A program made the position numbers and the translations under genes. From Octopus vulgaris (lineage: Eukaryota): 64,000 bases of DNA. The stretch spans positions 26,660,001 through 26,724,000 of the forward strand of contig OX597824.1 in NCBI GenBank assembly GCA_951406725.2. Direction: 5' to 3'. Below are positions 37,046 to 50,767 of this stretch, one piece after another; positions within the stretch are counted from its first letter, which is position 1, and each line of letters starts with the position of its first letter. The notes under the pieces were generated by a model, which saw only the letters and a list, made by a program, of their open reading frames with translations, did not search any database and was not told where the DNA came from.

Positions 37046-37640
37046 CTATTCATCCGAAGCCATCCAGCAGTTCTTGAGATATCGTGTCCACGGACAAACA
37101 AACAAATACGACTGAAAAACAATACCTCTGACTTCGCTAAGAGAATGGGTCATGGTTACATACCTGGCTGGAATCAGTAAAAATATTGCATTGTATAAAT
37201 TTACTGCCCTTTCGGAGAATTCTTCCACGAACTGTTTACGCAATTCTTTCATTCCTATTTGAAACATTACATACATAAATGATTTAACATTGAGCAATAT
37301 TCTTGTTTTATTTCTAACACACTGCACGATTTTTCATTCCTTACAAAATATATTGCAAACATTTACAGTTGTGTACGTGGCCTCCCAGCATTGATGTCCT
37401 CGCAGAACGAGTAATTTGACAGTTTTTCTCACTGATAACCAGAATAATAGAAAAGATTCCCGTCTTATAGAACGCTTCTCTCTTTACAGGATACCATCCT
37501 TAGATTACTGTCTTCGATAATTTCTAAGCCAACAACCCATTCTTTTATCTTTCTCTTCTTACATATTCACCATTTCTTTCTTTCCATCACGGCTATATTT
37601 ATCCCTATCTCTGTTTACTTTTCTTCCCGTCTATTTCTCT

Positions 37641-37699
<59 letters not shown>

Positions 37700-38158
37700 A
37701 CCCTCTTCTCTTTCTTCCTTCATCTGTATACCGCCACCATCATCGCAAATCAAGCAACACGACAAATAGTTATCGATGAGATAGATCAATTATTAACACG
37801 ACAATCTGACAGTTGGTGTGATAAATCGGATATTGATGTGATAATCTAAATATTTGTTGTCATAAAGCGGGTATTCATATGATAAATTGAGTGTCGGAAT
37901 GGTAATCATATGATATACACGAAAATAAAAGCGAACAAACTTACAAATAAATATACATGTGTTACTAAAATGCATGAAATCGTTTGATAAATAGTTGTAC
38001 AGTGATAAAATCGAATGTAACGGTTGCAATTTCGTGAGATAAAGGCATCTTTGTTTTTAAATTCACTATCAGAAATGGAAGATATTTGAAAGACCAATTC
38101 TTTAAATGATCTGCTGAGAAGTGAATGAACAGCAGATATGTATATATATATGCACACA

Positions 38159-38391
38159 AGGCGGCGAGCTGGCAGAAACGTTAGCATGCCGGGCGAAATC
38201 TGTAGCCATATTTCGTCTGCCGTTACGTTCTGAGTTCAAATTACGCCGAGGTCGACTTTACCTTTCATCCTTTTGGGGTCGATAAATTTAGTACCAGTTA
38301 CTCACTGAGGTCGATATAATCGACTTAATCCGTCTGTCTGTCCTTGTTTGTCTCCTCTGTGCTTAGCCCCTTGTGGGTAGTAAAGAAATAG
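38159..38391 (+). mobile_element. Full-length SINE family 1
   Basis: GGCGGCGAGCTGGCAGAA head through GTAAAGAAATA tail. Confidence 0.9.
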
Positions 38392-38664
38392 GTGTATATG
38401 CATACGACACACATACATATGCATTAATGTTTGTTTTTATGTCGAGTTACAGTACTTTCTACTTACTATAGACATAACGCCTGAAACTTGGTGGGAAAAG
38501 ATTAAAGGATGAAAGGCAAAATGGACATCGGTGGCATTTGAACTCAGAACGGACGAAATACTGCCGAACATTTTGTCCGGCGTGTCAAGGATTCTGATAA
38601 AAAAAAAAGGGGGGGGGGGTCAACATTAAACAGAATTACTCTATATTTTCTTTACAGAATGAAG

Positions 38665-39030
38665 TGGCGAAATGTTTAGCGGAATTTCGTCTGCTGCTAC
38701 GTTCTGAGTTCCAATTCCGCCGAGGTTGACTTTGCTTTTCATCCTTTCGGGGTCGATAAATTAAGTACCAGTTACGCACTGGGGTCGATGTAATCGACTT
38801 AATCCGTTTGTCTGTCCTTGTTTGTCCCCTCTGTGTTTAGCCCCTTGTGGGTAGTAAAGAAATAGGAATTTCATCTGTCTTTACGTTCTGAGTTCAAATT
38901 CCGCCGAAGTCGACTTTGCCTTTCATCCTTTCGGGGTCGATAAATTAAGTACCACTTGCGTACTGAGGTCGATCTAATCGACTGGCACCCTCCCCAGAAA
39001 TTTCAGGCCTTGTGCCTATAGTAGAAAATA
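38665..39030 (+). mobile_element. SINE family 1 dimer; second unit has an alternative tail
   Basis: Second unit ends AAATTTCAGGCCTTGTGCCTATAGTAGAAA, as at 56490-56522. Confidence 0.8.
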
Positions 39031-39550
39031 TTTTCTTTTCAGAATGCATATTCGTTAGTCTTTTCCAAGAGGCTGACAGTAACACTGAAGTTGTGGTCTG
39101 CTTTATTTCTCTTGCATTCGTTTCATGGTATCAGGCTGTACAGAAAGTCCTGTCGAAAAAAGAGCATATACCTGTTGAAATCTGCTTTTTAAAAAATTTT
39201 CTGTGAGGGTAGTAAAAAACAAAAATACGATGAATAATGGTGATATTCACTGATGCTTAATCACTTCAGGGAAAGTTCTCACAGATCAAGAACCATATTT
39301 TAGTATATTAATTTTCTGTCTGAAGGAAAAGTAATGGAATCAACCAAAGGACATATTCATTACACAGATTCTTATGGATTTCGTATAGGTTCAGATGCAA
39401 GGGAGGCCGCCAATGTGTTCTCACACCCAAGATGCAGAGAATAGATACACACACACATGCACGCAAACACACATAAACACGTTTACATATATGTATATGT
39501 AAGCCTACATACACACACACACAAATACATACATACATACATATATATAT

Positions 39551-39862
39551 TCAAATGGATGAATGAATCATCCTTTGTTTACCGTTAACGAGGAAAATTC
39601 AATAAACCGTTACCAGGGTAGCAAAATTCATGCCAGTAACACGGTTGAAGCGACCTATTCAAAGTAGAAACTCCGGGTTAATGTGGAGTAATTTGTGTAT
39701 TATAAATAAATAAATAAATAAATGAGAGAGGCTATCTCTTTCTTTCCTGATGAGAAGATTGCATTTTACACCGTTTATTCCTTTGGAATAAAACCATGTC
39801 TTCGAAACATATGTCGAAAGTAAAAGAATTTTAATAACATCGTCCAACTCCATTTATACATA
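39551..39862. mobile_element. Penelope-type pseudo-LTR element (long-stem-II hammerhead family)
   Basis: Homologous to 51486-51803 and 60779-61241; bounded by TA-rich microsatellite. Confidence 0.65.
39742..39820 (+). ncRNA. Type I hammerhead ribozyme, canonical core
   Basis: Stem I CUUUC/GAAAG; CUGAUGA at 39747-39753; stem II GAAGA...UCUUC with inner hairpin; GAAA at 39804-39807; stem III ACAUAUGU; GUC site at 39813-39815. Confidence 0.85.
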
Positions 39863-39863
39863 C

Positions 39864-39923
<60 letters not shown>

Positions 39924-39939
39924 GTCTGTGGATGGAGGA

Positions 39940-39982
39940 GTCGCTGAAGAGGTCATGGATGTGTGACGAAAGATTTCCAGAC
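39940..39982 (+). ncRNA. Minimal type I hammerhead-like motif
   Basis: GUCG-CUGAAGA-G-GUCA(8 nt)UGAC-GAA-AGAUUU-C-CAGAC. Confidence 0.6.
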
Positions 39983-40109
39983 AATGGGCATAAAATAAAA
40001 TAAGAACAATAATAAGCAAGTGAAGAACGTGTAGTGCATGATTTTTTTTTTGGCAAGAAAAGGAAAAGATGACCATCCCTTTCCAATCATTCGCCATGCG
40101 GGACAGCTG

Positions 40110-40281
40110 ATCTCTACTCTTCCTTTTTCATTCTCTCTCTATTTGTTTCCTCTTAGTCCTTTCTTCCGAAGAGCGTAGGCTCGAAACGTAAATGTCTTTT
40201 CCATTTATCTCGAGCGTCAAACTATACATTTGCTTGTTGTTCCTACACCTCTCTTTGTCTTTTGTTTTTTCTATAAATTTG

Positions 40282-40285
<4 letters not shown>
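40110..40285 (+). mobile_element. Penelope-type pseudo-LTR fragment with degenerate hammerhead
   Basis: CCGAAGAGCGTAGGCTCGAAACGT at about 40166-40189, resembling 22755-22789. A related end occurs at 47180-47250. Confidence 0.5.
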
Positions 40286-40363
<78 letters not shown>

Positions 40364-40409
40364 ACACACACACACACACATATATAAATATATATATATA
40401 CTTGTTTAT

Positions 40410-40661
40410 GGAAGACCAGCAGTCGCCTATGCATACCGGCCTCCCCTCTCCACGCTTTCAGTGTTATCCAAGGAAAAGGCAAATGGGCCGATACAGCTTG
40501 GCACCTGTAACCTCGCAACTCATTTCTACAACTGAGTGAACTGGAGCAGCGTGAAATAAAGTGTCTTGCTCAAGAACGTAACACGCCACCCGGTCAGGTA
40601 TTCGAACTCACAACCTCACGATCGTAAGTTCGATGCTTTAACCACTGAGCCATGCGCCTTC
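40410..40661 (-). mobile_element. tRNA-derived SINE (family 4, CORE-like)
   Basis: Minus strand TGGCTCAGTGG A box, GTTCGAATA B box and TTGAGCAAGACACTTTA segment. Confidence 0.75.
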
Positions 40662-41359
40662 TCTGTGTACATTAGTTTATTTAAACCACCCCTATTATCA
40701 CCTCCGGCCATGATGTCCCGCCACTTCAGCCTCTTCTTTACCAAGTCCTCAGTGTTTACCCACTTCCCCTCCCCACCCCATTATCGATGGCGATCATAGT
40801 GTCCCGTTTTCCCCACCGTTCCCCTTAATGACATGTCAATGGTTTGCCAATAAAGGGTGAACTGTGAACATAAACTTTGACATATGCGCGTGAACACTAT
40901 TGATTGCCCACTGTAATGAGCCCGTCCAATTAATTCTTTGACTGAATTTCATTGGTGGAACACTGTTCACCTGATAATGCCAGTGTCAAATCGTAATTAT
41001 TGATGTGCTTTTGTGCATATCTGATGAGCGCTTCGGCTTTCAGGTGAGGACTTCCATTTGACGTACATTATTGCTTTGACTTCATACTTCCTGTTGAAAG
41101 TTTTCGTTGTCCACATACTAAATTAAGTTAACTCCTTCATACTGTTGTCGTCTACCAGTTTTTAGTTTTGTGTCATTAAAAATATTGTATTCAGTGTCTT
41201 TGTGTCCACATAGCTAACTGTCTGTCCCTGCTTCCACCTTTTTTGAATAATACGTTTATTAGGTTCACTTTTTATACATCGTGCCAAATTTGTTTCTCAG
41301 TGTCCCGTTTTGCCCGTTTTTAAAATTTTGCAATTTAAACATAGTTTAATACTACCGCT

Positions 41360-41549
41360 ATGCCACCTAAGAACGCGCCTTGGTCGTAAAACAGAGTCTG
41401 ATTCGGCTGTCAAAAGAAGGAAGGCGAGCCATGTTTCTCTCATGGTCAGTTATATGTCGGATGCTCCGGAGTTGGAAGCAAACAAAATCTATTCGTACTT
41501 GCTCCTTCCTAATGACTAAATGAAAAATGTCTACAGAGAAGTGTTATAA
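41360..41549 (+). pseudogene. Internally deleted Helitron Rep/helicase remnant
   Basis: 41426-41549 reads EPCFSHGQLYVGCSGVGSKQNLFVLAP..NVYREVL-stop (PIF1-type motif VI and Helitron C-terminus), joined to a basic start MPPK..LGRKT. Confidence 0.75.
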
Positions 41550-42018
41550 GCATTTCATGCGCCAACAACTTTCAAATTCGTGAACCTCGGTGCCTCCACT
41601 ACATCAGGGCAACCTTGCTGACCTGATATGTGGTGAGTGCTACAGTAGTCATGCTTTCGAAGTTACTAACTTTCTTCAACCATGTTTCTTTTCCTTTTGT
41701 CCAATCTAAGTTTGTCACCTGTTTTCGCAGAGTTTCACATTTCCCAGCAACAGTTTCATTGCTTTCGGTGTAAACGAAAAAAAAGGCCCTTTTCAGGGTC
41801 ACTTTACATACGATTGTTACGCCACCTGAGAACACATTACGGACCTTTCAGGACTTCCTATCAAGTTGTTACCGCTGTGAAAACGACAAAAACGCCATTT
41901 TCAGGGCTACTTCACCCGTCTGAGAGCGCATTAAAGACCTTCTCGGGACTTCGTATCAAACTGTTATCGCCTGGCTTCAACGGTACCTGACGACCAATTT
42001 TCTGATAATTTGCAACAA

Positions 42019-42491
42019 TCTATATATATATATAAAACTGTAGTTGTGTGAGTGTCTGTCCCCTTCGATTTAGATTCCTAACTACTCCCACATTTTGCGG
42101 TGCAGTTTAACCATATTCGGGTATCTTATAGTGATGAGTCTACGATTTAAAAAATAATTTAACATCATTTTTTATTCCATTTTAATGCATAATTTTTCGT
42201 GTGTCGATGGCGGCGGAGTTGGCGTCCATGGTTACACCTGTACCTGTTTGCTTCTCCCCCTTCTTCCCTCCCTCGTGAAGCTGTGGGGAAGGGAGTGTAA
42301 GGAAATCAACGTCGTAAAGCGTTGTCAAGGAGACCAGCGTTCTTTCAGAACAACGACTTCATGGCTTGAAGACACCAAAACAGAAATGGCTAAGAAAGCC
42401 CGAATTGGCATCTATAAGGGAAGTAACTCTCTAAAATGCTTATATAGTTATTTCCCTTACAAACCCGAGCAACGCCGGGCGATACTGCTAG
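42019..42491 (+). mobile_element. Non-autonomous Helitron
   Basis: A|TC start, subterminal hairpin CCCGAGCAACGCCGGG, CTAG|T end, no TSD. Confidence 0.85.
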
Positions 42492-42699
42492 TTTTGTTAT
42501 AATTTTATTACAATAAGCGACCAATTTTATTACAATTTGCAGTTAACGTTATTTATGACATGGGAAACTTACTATCAAAAACATTGCAGTATTTGAGTCG
42601 CAAGCAACGCCGGGTCTCTCTTACCTTCATTCTTTCCTCTTTTCTTTCTCTCACCCTGTCACTTCTGTTCTAGCCTTCCTATTTACTCCTTCTCTCTCT

Positions 42700-42872
42700 C
42701 TCCCTCTTGTACTCCTAGCCTTTCTCCCTCTTTTATTTCTAGCATTTCTCCCTCTTATATTCCCAGCCTTTGTCCCCCTTATATTCCGAGCCTTTCTCCC
42801 TTTTATATTCCAAGCCGTTCTCCCTCTTCTATTCCTGGCCTTTCTAACTCTTTTATTCCTAGCCTTTCTCCT
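42700..42872. repeat. Approximately 24-bp pyrimidine-rich minisatellite
   Basis: About 7 degenerate copies of CCCTCTTATATTCCNAGCCTTTCT. Confidence 0.7.
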
Positions 42873-43377
42873 TCCCTTTCAGCCACGTCCCCATTCTTTT
42901 CTCTATCCCTCCTTCTCCCTGCTGTCTTGCTCCTCTGCCTGCTGCTGTCACACTGACCAACGTCCAGTTCCTCTTTTCCTTCCTTTCTTTGACAGATCCC
43001 TTAGCTGACCAGTTGCAAATTCTGTCTCTCCGTTTTCCATCGTTCAAAACGTTTTCTTAGCGTAACTCACTATTCTCGTCTTCTTGGCCCCAGGGCCGTA
43101 TTTTGTTCGACTGTTAGTCCTCGTCCACCGTCCTCAATCACACACTGTGTCGTTTTGCTTGTCTTGCTTCGTTTTGTTTGCACTTGTCCCTTTTTCTACA
43201 CAAGAAAACATATTTTTTGCGGGCACCGCCATTTCGAAAGCATTCTGTCTTATTGTTAAAAATGCTACACTGAAGAGTAACATTAGTCGATAACTGATGA
43301 AGAATTATGGACGATCTGTTTGTCTCCCGTTTGTTTTTACATTCAGTATACGTTACGTCGTATGTTTATACTCACGC

Positions 43378-43429
<52 letters not shown>

Positions 43430-43482
43430 CTATAAGTATATATATATATATATATATATGTATATACATATATATATATATC

Positions 43483-43579
<97 letters not shown>

Positions 43580-43674
43580 GTATGTATATATATGTATATA
43601 TATATATGTATGTATATATATATATATGTATATATATATATGTATGTATATATATATATGTATATATATATATG

Positions 43675-43757
<83 letters not shown>

Positions 43758-43758
43758 G

Positions 43759-43801
<43 letters not shown>

Positions 43802-43810
43802 ATATATATG

Positions 43811-43859
<49 letters not shown>

Positions 43860-43864
<5 letters not shown>

Positions 43865-44885
43865 CATAAATGATATTACTGACACCATCAAACACAGTAA
43901 CATCAGAACCTTCGCTGATGATTCCAAGCTCCAGAAGGTCATCAATGGCGTGGATGACCGAATAAACCTTCAGTCAGACCTACTGGCTGTTGTCCAATGG
44001 GCGGAAAAGAATAACATGTTGCTAAATGAAGACAAATTCGAACTGATCCACTTTGGAAGGGAGGACGCTCTGAAACTCCCATACTCTCTTCCTTCTGGAG
44101 AAATTCTCATGGCATCCAACAACATCAGAGACTTGGGAGTAACAGTGGACAATAACATAAGCTGGGCTACACATATAAGCAGCAAAGTTGACATGGCCTG
44201 CAGAATGTGTTCCTGGATTCTCAGAACCTACCAGTCGAGAGATTCCCACGCTATTATCCTTCTCTTCTCCACTTTTGCCCGACCCCACCTTGAATACTGC
44301 TGTCCACTGTGGTCTCCCTACACAAAACAAAATATTATGAGAATTGAAGCTCCCCAAAGGTCAATCACAAAAAAGATAGATGGCATGTCAGACCTTGACT
44401 ACTGGGGTAGACTAGAGAAGCTGAAATTGTATTCACTCCAACGACGCCGTGAACGCTACATTATCTGTATGATGTAGAAAATATTCCATCAGCACTGTCC
44501 GAATGATGTTGGCATCACCTTCAAAATACATCCAAGGCTTGGTCCACGTGCCATCCGTCCACAACAAAAATCTAAATCGCATCACATAACGACAATACGG
44601 CACAACTATTTCACCTCAATTGGACCCGCTCTCTTCAACATTACACCAGGACACGTCAAAAAAGAAACTGACCACACAAAATTCAAGAAATCTTTGGACA
44701 AATTCCTTCAAACAGTACCGGACAAACCACCCACATCCGGATATGTCTCCGCAAACAATAACTCTCTGCTCGAATGGGCCTTGGTGCCCAAATCCTGAAC
44801 TGAAAGACTTCGCAGGTGGTGCTATTAAGTTAGACATGGCCTGGGCCAATACTGGCCAAAACCTTTCTAAGTTATTCTAAGTTAT
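43860..44885 (+). mobile_element. 5'-truncated CR1-group LINE (RT C-terminal half and 3' UTR) in (TA)n
   Basis: YIND...FADDSKL...RDLGV...[13 protein letters not shown]...SLQRRRER. One in-frame TAG at 44475-44477; ORF ends about 44798; (TTCTAAGTTA)2 tail. Confidence 0.92.
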
Positions 44886-44905
44886 ATCTATATGTATATA
44901 TGCAT

Positions 44906-44956
<51 letters not shown>

Positions 44957-45586
44957 AATATGTATATATATAGGTATAAATATCTATGTATATATATAGG
45001 TATAAATATCTATATATATATATATGCATACATATATATATATACCTATATATATAGAGATATACCTATATATGTATATATACATATATATACATATATA
45101 TACACATATATGCATATATATACACACATATATGTATATATACATATATATACATATATATACACATATATGTATATATATACACACATATATATATATA
45201 TGCATATATATATACATATATATACATATGTATATATATATATGTAAATATATATACATATATATATATATAGTATAATAAATAAAATATATGCATACAT
45301 ACATACATATATGTACGTACCTACATCTACATGTATATATACATGCATATATAAATATATATACGTGAGTATAGGACACCACAAATAGACGCAGAACTCA
45401 ACGAGAACGAAAACGTAAAAACAAGCATGGAACGAACCTTTTTTTACAAAGAAAAAACAGAGTACTAGACAAACTACACAAGGAAAAATCCCCTTCATCA
45501 GCTGTCCCTAGTTCAACTCCAGCGTGTTTCGAAGGTATATATATATATACATACATATGTATACACACACACACTCACGCCTATAT

Positions 45587-45652
<66 letters not shown>

Positions 45653-46029
45653 GTACACACATATATATGTATATGTTTACATATACATATAAATTCACTT
45701 ATGGTTATAACACACATTTATGAATTCATACAGTATACACGATGAGTGTATGGGCGCATGCGCGTTAGAGTGTTTGTACGCGTGGTCTGATCGTCTGTTA
45801 CTCCATAATGAAACTAAAGACAAACACCAGTGTTCTGGAAGCCGTCAGATATAATAAATTTGATTTTAAGTCAATTATATTTCAGTTACTCTTTGTTTCT
45901 GTATTAGAGAGACTGGTTAGCAATTTGGCAAATACAGAAGCAAAAGCATAGAGATACCGTATACACTAACACCGTAGATGGGTGACATATTCTCTGTGTG
46001 TGCGTGTGGGTATGTGTTTATGTATGTGC

Positions 46030-46145
<116 letters not shown>

Positions 46146-46251
46146 ATATTTACCCTTCTCTCTGGCTGTCTGTTTACATGATTTCCTGTCTGTCTGCTTG
46201 CCTGTGTGTCTGTCTCTCACTCTCTTTGTCTATCTATCTATCATATATATG

Positions 46252-46393
<142 letters not shown>

Positions 46394-46462
46394 TATATTT
46401 ATATATATATATAATATATATATATTTATATATATATATAATATATATATAATATATATATA

Positions 46463-46543
<81 letters not shown>

Positions 46544-46547
46544 ATAA

Positions 46548-46926
46548 CTAGCAGTATCGCCCGGCGTTGCTCAGGTTTGTAAGGGAAATAACTATAAAGC
46601 ATTTTTAGAGAGTTATAGCCAAAAAATAGCAAAAAAATGGGAAAAAAATGATGGTAAATTTTTTTTAGTTAAAAAAGGTGGAGTTGCGTCCCCTAGACGG
46701 TCTGTGGTTTGGGTTTCTGATTCTCGACCCCATGTCGAATTTATCGATTTTTTTCAGAACTGGGGGAACTTTTCAAAATTTTCGCTGCGTTAGTTTTGAA
46801 TTATGACATTGGGCTATGTGTGTGTCAAGTTTCATCAGAATCGGTTGAAAGCCGTGGTCAGAGTGAGGGTACGAGAAAACAGACACACAGAAAACGCACA
46901 GACAAACTGCCGTTTATATAGAGAGA
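46548..46926 (-). mobile_element. Non-autonomous Helitron in (TA)n
   Basis: Same 3' hairpin and CTAG as 42019-42491, on the minus strand; TC start at 46926. Confidence 0.8.
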
Positions 46927-47064
46927 TATATATATATATATATATTTATATATATTTATATATATATATATAATATATATATATATTATATATATATATA
47001 TATAATATATATATATATATTTATATATATATATAATATATATATATTTATATATATATATAAT

Positions 47065-47096
<32 letters not shown>

Positions 47097-47274
47097 ATAT
47101 ATATATAATATATATATAATATATATACATATATATATACGTATATATATATACATATGTATATATATATATATATATAGGGACAATTCACGAAAAAACA
47201 AAAAAGCGAAGACAGGTCGTGTAGACAATAAACAGATGTATTAGTATAGCCCTATATATCCATATTCTTTTGTT

Positions 47275-47483
47275 TAAAATCATTTGACTGCGGCCATGCA
47301 GGAGTATCGCCTTTAGTCAAGCAAATCGACGCCAGGACTTATTCTTTGTCAGCTTAGTACTTATTGTATCGGTCTCATTTTCCGAACCACTAAGTTACAG
47401 CAACGTAAACACACTAGCATAGGTTGCTAGGTGATGTTGGGTGCGACAAATATACACACACAAGAATACACACATATATAAAT

Positions 47484-47554
<71 letters not shown>

Positions 47555-47705
47555 CGGGCTTCTTTCAGTTTCCGTCTGCCAAATCCACTGACAAGGATTT
47601 GATCGGCCCGAGGCTATAGTAGAAGAGACATGCTCAAGGTGCCACGCAATGGGACTGAACTCGGAACCACGTGTTTGGTAAGCGAGCTACTTACCACGCA
47701 GCCCC
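47275..47705 (-). mobile_element. SINE family 2
   Basis: Reverse-complement match to the family. Confidence 0.8.
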
Positions 47706-47706
47706 T

Positions 47707-47769
<63 letters not shown>

Positions 47770-48367
47770 ATACATACATACATACATACATATCACTAGT
47801 TTTTACTGAAAGCGAGTGATAAAATAATTCACGCCTTTCATGTTGCTATAATCCACCTTATCGCGATTCATATCTCTAAGATAGTCGCAATTGCCGAGTT
47901 CAAGAACATTTTGACAGCATGAATATCTACCTATTTATTCACCCATATCTCCAATCATTGTTATCGGCTGTTACATTCAATCTTTTCCAAACAATTCGTT
48001 TACCCTATGCTCTCTTCTTTTAGTCTCTCTATCCTCACCTTCTTTTTATGTATTGTTCTCTACTCAATTCCCTCTCATTCTCCTATAACTCCTTTTCCGA
48101 CATATTGCTTATCGTTCATGTGCATAATTTTTTTTTATATCGTATCATATCATATCATATCAGTTGCCCTGAGCTTATCAGTATTTAACATGGGTTAATA
48201 CCTCTAGATTGTGCAGCATATCTGTTTATGATAATTTAACAATTGAGCAAACTTTATTGATTTTCGATATATGATATTATCTATATTGGAATATGGGAAT
48301 AAATAAATAAATGGATTTGATTATCCGTATGTGAATACTTGTGTATATGGATATGCAATCTATCTAC

Positions 48368-48470
<103 letters not shown>

Positions 48471-48471
48471 C

Positions 48472-48519
<48 letters not shown>

Positions 48520-48626
48520 TTATATATCTATCTATCTATCCGTCTCTCTGTCTCTCCGTCTATGTATGTATGTATGTATGTATGTATGTATGTATGTATC
48601 TATCTCACTCACTCACTCTCTCTGTC

Positions 48627-48684
<58 letters not shown>

Positions 48685-48726
48685 CGTGCAGATATATATA
48701 TATATGTATATATATGTGCATGCGTG

Positions 48727-48782
<56 letters not shown>

Positions 48783-48939
48783 TTTGCGTGTAATATTGGT
48801 CACAGAAACATATCGGCAGAAGATTGAGGCCTAAGAGTTTCATGCAAAGGTACTCGTTTATTGGCGAAACTCAAGGCCTTTGAATCACTGCAATTTCTAC
48901 CAATTAATATTAGTAACAATAATGATAATGATAATAGCA

Positions 48940-49107
48940 ATAGTGGTAAGTAGCTTGCTTACCAACCACATGGCTCCGGATTCAGTTCCACTGCGTGACA
49001 TCTTGGGCAAGTGTCTTCTTCTATAGCCTCGGGCCAACCAAAGCCTTATGAGTGAACTTGGTAGACGGAAACTGAAAGAGGCCCGGGGGGGGGTGTGCGT
49101 GTGTGTG

Positions 49108-49155
<48 letters not shown>

Positions 49156-49330
49156 GTATGTGTCTGTGTTTGTCCACCCAGCATCGCTTCACAACCGATG
49201 TTGGTGTGTTTGTTTACGTCCCCGCAACATAGTGGTCTGGCAAAGCGACCGATAGAATAAGTACTAGGATTACAAACAAATAAGTCCTGGGGTCGATTTG
49301 TTCGACAAATGACTGAAACAAGTAAAAGAA
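48940..49330 (+). mobile_element. SINE family 2
   Basis: Family motifs in order, with an internal microsatellite. Confidence 0.8.
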
Positions 49331-49332
49331 AT

Positions 49333-49392
<60 letters not shown>

Positions 49393-49419
49393 TTAAAGCA
49401 GCAGAAACTTCAACAAAAT

Positions 49420-49457
49420 CTGTTACTCTGAGTTTCTCGTTGCCGTTCATCAGACAA
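49420..49457 (-). ncRNA. Inverted copy of the same hammerhead
   Basis: Reverse complement of 49459-49496 with the core intact. Confidence 0.65.
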
Positions 49458-49458
49458 A

Positions 49459-49496
49459 CTGTCTGATGAACGGCAACGAGAAACTCAGAGTAACAG
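49459..49496 (+). ncRNA. Type I hammerhead ribozyme, canonical core
   Basis: CUGU-CUGAUGA-ACGGCAACGA-GAA-ACUC(A)GAGU-A-ACAG; GUA site at 49490-49492; weak stem II. Confidence 0.7.
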
Positions 49497-49600
49497 ATTT
49501 TGTTGAATTTTCTGCTGCTTTAAATAAAGCATATTACTCTACCACTGGTATTTGACTACTCTTTTTTCCACCTTGTTTCACATTTATGTGTTTACTCCGG

Positions 49601-49636
<36 letters not shown>

Positions 49637-49882
49637 TTATTCAATGAAAGTATATTTTCAATAAAAATAAAATTGGTTTAGCAATACTCTTCTCATAAAT
49701 TATGGAGGAAAATGTTAAGAACATATTTATGACAATGCTATTCATCTTCGTTCTCTACGTTCATGTCGCATGCCGGTCTGAACTATTTTCTCTTCGCTCA
49801 TATATTTTAAAATTATGCTAATTAACCGTGGCCCAAAATACATTTATGTACGTATATGCATGCAAGCATACGTACTTAACGT

Positions 49883-49937
<55 letters not shown>

Positions 49938-50148
49938 CTTTTATAGGCGCAGTCACGTCTGTGTTTTAAGAAGTTTGTGTTTCAAGCTCACAAATCAGGG
50001 TTCAGTTTCACTGCACAGCACCTTTGGTGAATGTCTCCTACTATAGCCTTGAGCCAACTAACGCCTTGTCAGCCAATATGGTAGATCAAAAAATGGAAAG
50101 AAGCTTGTCGTATGTGTGTGTGCGTGTGTGCGTGTGTGTGTGTTTGTG

Positions 50149-50236
<88 letters not shown>

Positions 50237-50728
50237 CATCTATCTATCTATCTATCTATCTGTGTGTGTGTGTGTGTGTGTATTTTTATATGAAAGTGTT
50301 TACGTCTCCATTATTTTTCGACCGCTTCCATCTCCGATAAATCAGCAGATATTTTATTTGCAGTTGAGCACATAGTTCCAGACAACTGAATTCAAATTAA
50401 GGAATTTCTATTTTCAAACAAAAAGATTTCGCGTCACTTGACACTATGTCATCGTGTTTCACAGCCTTATTTCTATACAAAAAACAGTCTAGGAACAAAT
50501 ATTAGAAGAAAAACCTTTCATCTTTAAAGATGAACTCAAGTATCCGAAAAATTATCGCTTAGAGGTCATATGTTCCTGTAAATAGCAACTGAATATATTG
50601 GCCACGCGCAGTTAAATTTTAAATTTCTATCACAAAGACAAAATTGAATATTAATACATTATGTGTTAAGCAAGCGATGTGGAGTTCGAATCCTGTTACT
50701 GCTGTTACCAGTTCTCTGATCTTCCTAG

Positions 50729-50764
<36 letters not shown>

Positions 50765-50767
<3 letters not shown>

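Larger units (their letters stand above)
49388..49601. mobile_element. Penelope-type element with 69-bp inverted repeat, in (TA)n
   Basis: Arms 49388-49456 and 49460-49528. Second family member at 50765-50902. Confidence 0.7.

Noticed and set aside
40798-41320. AGTGTCCCGTTTT motif twice, resembling DNA-transposon termini
   Set aside because: Both copies are in the same orientation; no matching inverted end or TSD found.
43297-43859. YI/HT/CV-repeat ORFs here and throughout the window
   Set aside because: Stop-free frames of dinucleotide and tetranucleotide microsatellites.
45490-45537. Minus-strand GAAAC...CTGATGAAGG
   Set aside because: The half-cores are in permuted order with no valid stem III or cleavage triplet; probably a Penelope-type fragment but not callable as a ribozyme.
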